A stretch of 64,000 nucleotides of DNA from the human T2T-CHM13v2.0 reference genome, Homo sapiens. Below are positions 52,404 to 64,000 of the stretch, piece by piece (within the stretch, counting starts at the first letter, position 1; every line of letters begins with the position of its first letter). A program made the translations under genes and the position numbers. The notes under the pieces are model-generated. The model was not told the DNA's origin, made no database searches, and saw only the letters and a list, made by a program, of their open reading frames with translations. The stretch lies in assembly GCF_009914755.1 (NCBI RefSeq), contig NC_060940.1; one strand, written 5' to 3'.

Positions 52404-53100
52404 ATCACTATTTTTTGAATCAATGAATATTGAATGAATTATCTATAATAAACAGAAATACCTGTTAGGTGAACAAAAGTCACAGAGTAGGACAAGGATC
52501 ATTCTGTTAAAATAACTCTGAGTAAACATAGCTGCCTGCCTTTTCCATCCCTCTGTGTGGTTAAGATAAGCTGTGCCTAGTTTGGGCTTTGAGTTTTCAC
52601 TCATGCAAAGTGAACACTGGCTTCCTACTGGGCATGGTGTGGACTGGAGATCCCAGGTGATTGACAAAGTGGATATTGTTCAAAACCTCCTAAAACATGC
52701 AGGTGTTGAGGTGGTCCTTCATGCAGGGTCAGAAATGAAACACATCAAATTAAACCTCAGGTGGCTTTGCAGAAGAAATGGAAGGTAGATTATGTGCTCC
52801 GCACAGCCCTGACACGAGGGCAGGGCTGACGATCCATCACTTTTAAGCGCACGGTGTGGCGTAGATCACCTCCAGCTGCAGGAAAAAAAGGCTGACCTTT
52901 AGATAGGGCTATAAAAAGAGAGCCAAATTCACTCCTTCTTTGCTCACAAAGTGCCCTCAACAAAGGAGGAAAAATGAAGGACCTCTGTGTCCAAGAGCCA
53001 GGTACACAAAGGCGACTCGGCATTTTGTCAAGCTGATGGTCAGAGCATGAAGTGACAAAGAAGGTGGCTAGGCTTGGGGGAGCCTTATGTGTCTAGGTGA

Positions 53101-53412
<312 letters not shown>

Positions 53413-53437
53413 TAGCTATTTTTTTTTTTTTTTGTAG

Positions 53438-53560
<123 letters not shown>

Positions 53561-53903
53561 TAGCTTCTGAGGATTTAGAAGTTACATCCACATTTCCATG
53601 AATTCAACGGGTTGGGGTAGGTTGAAGGATATTATGCCCTCTAGCAAGAGTATTTGAAACTGCAATGGACTCCAATATTTCTAAGCGAGAGTTATTGAAG
53701 GTTTCAGAGTAAGAGACCTGTTCATTCTCTCCATCTCTTTCCATGTGGAGCTGAGGTCGGGGGAGGTTCCAAGGTCAGCCAGGATGGTGAAAATCACTAT
53801 TGTCAAAGACGCCCTTGAGTACAGAGTCTCCCAAGAACTCCATACACATAGTTTATTTTTTCCCAGGGCCGGAACACATCGCTGCATTTCTTCAGTTGAG
53901 CTC

Positions 53904-54296
53904 TATCAAAAGTAAAACCTTAGACAAATTAAATTTAACAGAGTTGAATTGAGCAAAGAAAGATTCATGAATTGGGCAGCCCTTGAAACAGAATAGGTTC
54001 AGGGAGACTCTGGTGCAGCCACGTGGTCAAAGAAGATGTATGGACAGAGAAAGGAAAGTGAAAACGGAAGTGAGGTACAGAAACAGCTGGATTGGTTACA
54101 GCTCAGTGTTTGCTTTATTTGATACGGCTTGAACAGTTGGCCATCTGTGATTGGGCAAAACTCGGTGATTGGCACATGAGTAGTTTATGGTCTGTTTATA
54201 CCTCCAGTTAGGTTACAGTCCATTATGGATGGAGAAACCTTTACACAGAACTAAAAATATGTTAGGAGGCAGCTTTAGGTTAAGCTTAATTTAACA
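53904..54296 (-). mobile_element. MER57-like ERV1 solo LTR
   Basis: Minus strand begins TGTTAAATTAAGCTTAACCTAAAGCTGCCTCC; 4-bp TSD GCTC (53900-53903, 54297-54300). Confidence 0.8.
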
Positions 54297-54341
54297 GCTC
54301 TGTAAGACATTGTTTCTAGGGATGATGTTGAAGGAAAATAG

Positions 54342-54623
<282 letters not shown>

Positions 54624-54829
54624 GCTTTAGGCTAAACTTAATTTAATAGTTCTGTAAGACATTTGTTTCTAGGGATGACGTTGAAGGAAAATAGAAATCT
54701 TTAAACATGAGTCATACCCAGCAGGTGGGGAAACTGGCCTAGCCTGAGGGGCCAACAGCCAATTTCAGTTCCCTTCTCACAGGCCTTTCAAAGATTCACA
54801 GGTAGATGGACTCCCGGCAATGTTTGTGA

Positions 54830-55108
<279 letters not shown>

Positions 55109-55875
55109 TGATTTACTCACCTCAGCCTCCCAAAGTGCTGGGGTTACAGGTGTGAGTCACCGCGCCCAGCCTCCCACTCCTTTCTCGCTCTGTCCTCTTT
55201 CTGCCATATACTTATAGCTGAATTCACATAAATTAAAAGTGTCCCTAATTTGACTTTACTATATTCCAGACATCGACAATGTCCGTCCATTTTCATATGT
55301 TCCATTTTCATTTCTAAGTATTTTCTTCTGAAGAGTCTTAGAGGTACAAATTATCAAATTGTAAACATTGTAGGCTGGGCGTGGTGGCTTCTGCCTATAA
55401 TCCCAGTACTTTGGGAGGGTAAGGCGGTTGAGGGGATGCGGGGGTGTTACTTGAAGCCCAGAGTTAGAGACCGGCCTGGGCAACATAGCCCAGACCTAAT
55501 CTCTACAAAAAATAAAATAAAATAAATTGAGGTGGGAGGATTTCTTGAGTCCAGGAGTTCGAGACCAGCTTGGGCAACATAGCAAGACCCCATCTCTAAG
55601 AAAACAAAAAACAAAGAGCATTGCGTTTAGGTGTCATTGGATTTTGTGATGAGGCTTCTCTGTTTCACCCTAAGGGAAAAACTGGAAGCGATTTGGTTAC
55701 CCATGGAGGCATTAACATAGCACGAAAAAAAGTGACCGATATTCCAAACCAGCCACCTTTTCCAGATCAGAAGGTTCCAGTTAACCTGCTCATCATTAAA
55801 TTAGTATGCTACAAGGCCAGGGGGTGGCTCACCCCTCTAATCCCAGTACTTTGGGAGGCCGAGGCGGGTGGATCA

Positions 55876-56274
<399 letters not shown>

Positions 56275-56704
56275 TTAAGACAGAGTCTTGCTCTGTTGCC
56301 CAGGCTGGAGTGTAGTGATGTGATCACAGCTCACTGTAGCCTCAACCTCTTGGTCTCAAGTGATCCTCCCACCTCACATCCAGCTAATTTTTAAATTTTT
56401 GTGAAGAGAAAAAAATTTGCCCAGGCTGGTCTCAAACTCCTGGGCTCAAGCGATCCTCCCACCTAGGTCTCCCAAAGTGCTGAGATTTACAGGTGTGTGT
56501 CAATTTCAGGTCTGACTGGATCCAGAAGTTCCAGTGAAGCCGATTTCTATCTCTAGTCTTTGTGATCCTTTCCTCTCCAGCAAGGCTTTTCCTTGCCATG
56601 ACAAGACACCTGGCAGCATCTCCAGGCTTACTCAACCAGTACCCTTGATGGGAAAAGGGCTTTTCTTTCTTAATTTTCCAGCAAAAGCCTCAAGATTGAC
56701 TCTG

Positions 56705-57210
56705 GAGTAAATTGCACATGGCCTCAAATTCTTTGCAGCTCCTTCCACTATGAGGTGGCATGTATTACTCCAATCCCTGCATCTGGGCTGGATTTGTGAC
56801 TTGTTTTGAACAATAGAATGTGGTAAAAGTGACAGTGAAAATATATGAGTTTCAAGCCTAAGACAACATGCTTTTCAGCCTTTGCTCTGGATTTCTTTGA
56901 ATGCTGCTGTCACATAAACAAGACTGAAATAGCCTACTAGAGGATGGGAAATTACATGGAGCAGAGACAAGCAGTCCCAGGTGTGGAACCCCTAGACCAG
57001 CCAGCTTACCAACCACCAGACATGAGAGTGAGACCATCCTAGATCACTCAGCTCCAGCCAAGCCACCAAGAGACCACACAGATCAGCTGAATTGGCCTAG
57101 GCCAGACGAACCACTCTGCCAACCCACAGAATTACTAAAAATAATAAATATTTGTTAGTGAAGACTTCAAGTTTGGGGATGTTTGTTATGCAGCAGAAGC
57201 TAACTGATAC
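56705..57210 (+). mobile_element. MLT1-family MaLR LTR
   Basis: Ends gtttggggatgtttgttatgcagca.aagctaactgatac. Confidence 0.7.
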
Positions 57211-58919
57211 TCTCTTATTGGGTCAGCTTGGATCACTTTCCCACTCTGAAACACACAGTGAGCAGAGGGGTAGTGGACAGGCCTAGGCCATGTGTTTTTT
57301 CCTGGAGTTGGCCATTGGGGCCAGATCAATGAACTGAGAACTGGGGAGGTGTGGAGAAAAATCAGGGTGCTGTCACCAGAAAAAGGGAGAAAGAATGCCA
57401 AAGAGAATGAAACAAGAGACATCCACTGGAGTATTCTAACCCCATAATAGTAATTGATGAAAGTTTGAATTTATGGTCTCAATTCTAGTTCTCATTTGTA
57501 AAATAGATCCAAAGACAGTGCCACCCACTTTGATATTCAATTCAAAGAATCCTTATGATGTAGAAGTAAGGGCACTGGTGTGGGAGTCAGGTGGAACTGA
57601 GTTCAAGTTTTGGTTCCATCTGCCCATATTTGGATGCACACAGACACATTTTAGAATCCTTCTGAATTTCAGTTTCCTCATCTGTAAAATGGGTGATGAT
57701 GTTAATACTGACCTTAAAAATTGGCCATGACACTTTGGGGGGCCAAGGCAGGAGGATCGCATGAGTCAAGGAGTTCAAGACCAGCCTGGGCAACATGGTG
57801 AGACCCCTGTGTCTACAGAACGTTAAAAAATTAGCTGGACATGATGGCATGCACCTGCAGTCCCAACTAGTTGGGAACCTGAGGTGGAAGTATCACTTGA
57901 GCCCAGGAGGTCGAAGCTGCAGTTAGCTGTGTTTGTGCCACTGCACTCCAGCCTGGGTGACAGAGCAAGACTCTGTCTCAAAACAAAAAAAACAAAACAA
58001 CAACAACAAAAAAAAACAAAACAACAACAACAAAAAAAACTGGCTATGAGTTTTAGTAATAATGCATATGCAAAGCACAGCACTTGACACATAGCAAGGG
58101 CTTGAGAATGTGGACAACTGTTAAGCATGAGTTGAATCATGAACTGTGGATGCACCCATGTGCCAAGAAATCAGGTCTCAGTAAGTAGGTGACAGAATTT
58201 GCCACTGTGCCTATCTAGAGAGCAGGAAATATGATGGTTCAGGGCTTCTCTGCTGTGTTTCCATCCACTGCTGCAGAGTCTTTTCTTCCTTCTCCACCAG
58301 AAATATGCAAACGTCAAGTGATCCTTTCTTTAGGCATCAAAACACACAGGATCCTCTTGGCTTTGGGAATATAAAAGAGTCATTCTTTTTCTCCTTAGGA
58401 TGAAACTGATGGAGGATTACTTGCAATAAAGGGAATCCTGGACGGGACATGGTTCTGTTCCTGCTGGTTGGGAGGTCGTGACAACTATGTCTATGGACAC
58501 ATAGTCACAGGTTGTGTGTGGCTGGGCTATAGTTTAGGGACATCTGTCTAACCATCCATGTATTTAGTAATGACTTAGTGACTTCTGGTGTGTTGATGCA
58601 GGTTTTTCTTTCCCTCAATGTTTTAGATTTCATGAAGCATTAAAATTAATTCAACAATTATTTATATATTGAGTGACTATCTATGCCAGGCACTGGATAG
58701 GTAACAAGGAACAAAGCAGACAAAAGCCCTGTCCACATTTTTGAGTGGCAGAAGGTAAAGTATTTGAGGGATTAACCTAGAATTGCCAACTTTTCATTTT
58801 ACTAAGTTAGGACTTAAGGAGAGAAGAGAAGCTGCTTTGACTGTCATTAGTATCAGTTTTCCCCTAGAAGAAAATGGTTATTTTCATGTCCAACAGAGTG
58901 GAAGTGTATATTCTTATTT

Positions 58920-59250
58920 TTTTTAGTGGCTTAAAACAATAAACATTTATTATCTCACGCAGTTTTTGTGGGTCAGAAGCCTAGAAGCAGCTTCACTGAG
59001 TGGCTCTAGCTCAAGATCTTTCATGAAGTTGCAGTCAAGATCTCAGCTGAGGCTGCATTATCTGAAGGCTTGACTGAGGCTGGCAGAAGTGATTCCAGTA
59101 TGGCTCAGCACACACCGAGCACGTTAGTGCTGATTGTTGGCAGGCAGCTTCAGTTTTTCAGCATGTGGGCCTCCTCACAGGGGTCCTTGAGTGCCCTCAC
59201 AACAGGACAGCTGTCTTCTTCTGGAGCAAATTATCCAAAAAGAACAGATT
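58920..59250 (-). mobile_element. MLT1-family MaLR LTR fragment
   Basis: tagtggcttaaaacaataaacatttattatctcac.cagttt.tgtgggtcag. Confidence 0.7.
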
Positions 59251-59394
59251 TTTGAAATAACTATACTGAAACCACATCCCATACAGATTTAAATTATTGG
59301 GATTCAGCTACCCAAACAAAAATGCTCTGGGGTGGGAAGAGAATGCTTTATTTTATGTATGTGTGTATGTATGTATGTATGTATAGATAGATAG

Positions 59395-59552
<158 letters not shown>

Positions 59553-61757
59553 TAGAGACAGGTTCTGCCATGTTGCTTAGGTTGGTCTCAAACTCCTGAG
59601 CTCAAGTGATCTTCCTGCCTTGGCCTCCCAAAGTGATGGGATTACAGGCTTGAGCCACCACACCCAGCCGCAAACGCTTTGAATAGTGTTGGCAATCTCC
59701 CTCATCTTTTTACTGATGTAAAGGGATCATGTCCCTCAATATTTGCTTTTTTTTCTTTTTTATGCTAATGAAACACTTACATTTAGCAGGACACATGGAA
59801 TCCAGGATAGACTACATTTCCCAGTCTCCATTGCTGGTCTGACATTATCTTACATTGTGAGCATCACACTTTGCTGAGTGTTTAAAGGTATATATTATTC
59901 ACACAACTTGGCTCCTAAACTCAAACCAACTTCTTCATCAAATGCTTAACTGATCATTCTCCCTTAACATTATATTTACATTTTTCCCCAAACAGAGAGA
60001 AATGGAAGGAACTGTGTAGTGAACACCCATATACCCACAACCTAGATTCTACCATTAACGTTGAACTCAACTGGCCTTATCTCATGTCGATTCCTTTATC
60101 CACCCCCTCTCCACTCATCAATTCATCTTATTTTTTGATGCATGTTAAAAGCAATTGTTGAGGTCAGTATACTTCACCCGTAACCCCTTCAGCATGCACA
60201 TCACTCGCTAGAATCCAATACGTGTTTATGATTTTTTGAGATCAAATCTAGATACCGTGAAACACACAAGTCTAAAGTGGACCATTCAATAAGTTTTGAC
60301 AAATTGTAATTCAAACTCCTACACTGATAGAACAAAGGTAATTTGAAGTAAATACACATTTTATTTTCTATGTGCTGACTTAGAAATGTCCCTGACCTGT
60401 AAGATGAGACTCCACTGTAAATTGAGCTTTACAAAAAAAAAAATCCCATCATATGTCTTATTTTGTTCCTCTTGCCTCAAACCATGGAAAAAAAGCATCA
60501 GACATTTATTTGGAAAAACTTTCTTGAAGCAGTGTTTAGGGTGATTAAAGGTATAATGTAGGAAGCATAGGTTTGAATCTGGCTGCCTGATCTCATACAA
60601 TGTATGTATCCTGGCTATGCCTTAGTTTCCCTGTCTGCAAAATGGGGATAAAGATAGAACCTACGGCCAGCAAGGTGGCTCATGCCTATAATCCCAGCAC
60701 TTTGAGAGGCAAGGTAGGAGGATCACTTGAGTTCAGGAGTTTGAGACCAGTCTGAGCAACAGCGTGAGGCCTCTTCTCTTTAAAAAATTAAAAAATTAGT
60801 GGGGAGTGGTGGTGCATGTCCATAAAGTTGTTCTTTTTTTTTTTTTTTTTTTTGAGATAGAGTCTCGCTCTGTTGCCCAGGGTGGAGTGCAGTGGTGTGA
60901 TGTCAGCTCACTGCAACCTGCACCTCCCAGTTCAAGTGATTCTCCTGCCTCAGTCTCCTGAATAGCTGGGATTACAGGCACACGCCACAATGCCTGGCTA
61001 ATTTTTGTATATTTAGTAGAGATGGGGTTTCACCATGTTAGTCAGGCTGGTCTTGAACTCCCGGCCTCGTGATCTGCCCGCCTAGGCCTCCCAAAGTGCT
61101 GGGATTACGTGTGAGCCACCGCACCTGGCCCATAACGTTGTTCTTTGCCGGGAGGGCTGAATGAGTTAAATCAAGTGCCTAATTAGAACACTGCCTGTCC
61201 CCTAGTAAATGTTCAAGACAGCTGGCTCTCATCACCACAATGCTAGCAGGAGACCAGGAAGAGGGGGTCTTGTGTTTGACATGTTAACTTTGTAGACAAC
61301 GGCTTTCTGCCCTCGGTAGCTTTATGTCCTACTCACATCTGAGTTTCTTTGGTCCCGTTGGCCCTCCAGGCAGAAATTTAATGACTGTCAAAATTCTCAC
61401 CATGACATCACCAGACAATGTCAGCGGGAAGTCGGCGTCCATAAAATGACTCGAACTAGAAGAACTGGACCAGGTGGGGGATCGGGTTCTCAGTCTTTAA
61501 TTGTGTTGGCTTTATAGTGTAAATCTCATGGCCTTGGAGTTAATATCGTACCAGTTTATTGGCACCAAATTGCATTACAGACTCATTAGCTCTCTCATGG
61601 CCCTTCATCTCTGCCACACCAAAGCTTTCCTTTGACTGATGTTGGTTTCATTATTCATGACTCTTATAGAGACAGTGGCCTCTAAAATAGAGACCAGGGA
61701 AGAGCATTTTTCTTTCTTTCTTTTCTTTTCATTTTTTTTTTTTCAGACAGAGTTTAA

Positions 61758-61904
<147 letters not shown>

Positions 61905-64000
61905 TAGTAGATATGGGATTTCTCCAAGTTGGTCAGGCTGGTCTCAAACTCCCGACTTCAGGTGATCCGCCCACCTTGGCCTCCCAAAGTGCTGGGATTA
62001 TAGGTGTGAGGCACCGTGCCTAGCCGGAAGAGCATTTTTCTAATGAAAGGTTCTTTAGCAATCCAGGGCTACTTTGCTGGACTACTGAAATAAGATTCAT
62101 TCCTTCTTTTGTTCTGTTGGTCTTATAGGTAATTGAGTACCTATAAGACAGACATGGACCCTGCTCTCAAAGCAACTTATAATATATTTGAAAATACACT
62201 TAATTAGAAATCACAATTAGCATGGGACTGATCCAACAGTGGCTCATGGAGCAGATACTGTTGGTTGCCTACTATGGCAAAGGGTGATGAGTGTCCCCCA
62301 ATATTTATTCTCTTTCTTTCTTACAGTAATGAAACACTTATGTTTAGCAAGACACATAGAATCTAGGATAATGAGTATATTTCCCAGCCTCCTTTGCTGT
62401 TATATGTGGTCATGTGTCTAAGTTACGAGATTTCTGCAAAAGATTTCCTTGCTGTAAAATAGAGATCCCGCTAAAAAAAGAGAGTCAACTCAATAAAGTA
62501 CCAGGCATGGTGCTAGGTCCATTTTCTGATGGATGTTGCTATGTCTGGATGTGATGCCTAGATCCATGGCTGTCACTGTGTAACCAGGAGGAAAGTTAGT
62601 CTGAAGATATCAGAGCAGAAAGATGGAAGGAACTTGACATCATGGTTGAGCCATTTAATAAGCAAGGCTGGAGCCACTCCACCTCCAGATGTCCAGTTAG
62701 GTAAGGTTGTAACATGTCTTTGTTGTTTAAATTAGAAGAGTGAGGGCCTTCTGTTACTTGCAGACAAGAGCATCCTAACCAAACAACATGGTACACAGAG
62801 TCCATCGTGGCCTGCCTTGTGGCACACTCTCCAGTCTCATCTCTCAGTATTGCTTTCTCCAGTCCCAAACTTCAGACCCACTGCATTTCAAACCATGGTC
62901 TTTCATTTCTCCAGGATTCCATGCATGACGTGACTTCTGCCCAGGATGTCCTTCTCCATCTCTTTATCTAACAACGATCAATTCATCCTCCAAAATCAGC
63001 TTAGCAGACATCTCTTCCAGGAAGCCTTTTGTACCAGACCCAGCTTATGGGTCACCCCAGATCCATTTGGCCCCATCTGCACTCCTGGGCCTCAGCCACT
63101 TGCCTTGTTTCATGTGTGTGTGTGTGTGTCTGTGTGTGTGTCTCTGTGTGTGTGTGTTTTGAGGCAGGGTCTTGTTCTGTTGCCTAGGCTGGTGTGCAGT
63201 GGCATGATTAGGGCTCACTGCAGCCGCAGCCTCCCAGGGCTCAAGCAATCCTCCCACCTCAGCCACTGAGTAGCTGGGACTACAAGTGTACACCACCTCG
63301 CCTGGCTAATTTTTTTAAAATAATTTTTTGTAGAGACAGGGTCTCACTATGTTGTCCAGGCTAGCCTCAAATTCCTGGATTCAAGTGATCTTCCCGCCTC
63401 TGTCTCCCAAAGTGTTGGGATTCCAGGTGTGAACCATCGTACCTGGCCTGCCTTGTTTCTTAACAAGCGCAGCTCTAGCAAGGGATCATTCTATTTTCAC
63501 AGCTGGAAAGAACTGGCTGCTGCCACTCCTGCCACAGACTAAGGACCTCTTTGTGTGGTGCTGACCGATAAGGAGAGACCACCCACATGTACAGGCAGGG
63601 ACTTTCAGGGACGCTGGCTTCTGCATCAGCCGATGACAAGGCCCGGAGTGGGGGCAGTAAATATCCTGTGGGTATCCTTTGACCAACAAGAGACAGGAGA
63701 TGGGAAGAATCATCAGCTCAATTGTTTGCCCTTTTTTCTCCCCAACTGTTTAGAGATTAAGAGGCTCTGTGCAGCCTCTTTGAAGGGGATGGAGGAACCA
63801 GCTGTGTTTGCTGCAAAGCTTCCTTGGGCTTGAACCACTCCCCATAAAACACTCATAGGCAAGCCATACCCTTAGGTTCTGTTTTCTGAGGATCTGGGCT
63901 GAAGAGCCTCCCCACCCCATGCTGCCACCATCCAACCAGTCTGGGTGGCAAGGAAGAGACACATTCGGACGATCTCAGACTCCAGCAGGGATTGTTAGAA

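Overview
Human (primate) genomic DNA, recognisable from its protein translations as the TMC7-COQ7 locus (chromosome 16p12 by recollection). The + strand carries the last seven coding exons and 3' UTR of TMC7 (3705-~22750; 277 complete codons plus stop, including the TMC signature CWETQVGQE). About 3.7 kb later lies the complete six-exon COQ7/CLK-1 gene (ATG 26500, TAA 37025; 654 nt CDS = 217 aa; di-iron ligands E60, E90, H93, E142, E178 and H181 intact), starting in a CpG-island promoter. The rest is very Alu-dense, with L1, MIR, DNA-transposon (MER2, MER5, MER20, MER58) and LTR (MaLR, ERVL, ERV1) relics, and a second CpG island at ~45.2-45.8 kb with no protein-coding gene. Nearly all ORFs in the supplied track are Alu or low-complexity artefacts. 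I found no new protein-coding system. The most notable sequence-level observations are: an out-of-frame AUG in COQ7 exon 2 whose stop overlaps the Met39 start (AUGA); a stop-free, in-phase 294-nt COQ7 exon 2-3 circle candidate flanked by inverted Alus; a tailless 5S rRNA retrocopy with a 16-bp TSD in the TMC7 3' UTR; an L1PA fragment with an apparent 23-nt 3' transduction; an Alu flanked by an ~80-bp duplication; transposon-donated poly(A) signals for COQ7; and the orphan CpG island. Repeat subfamily names and boundaries are by eye and approximate.
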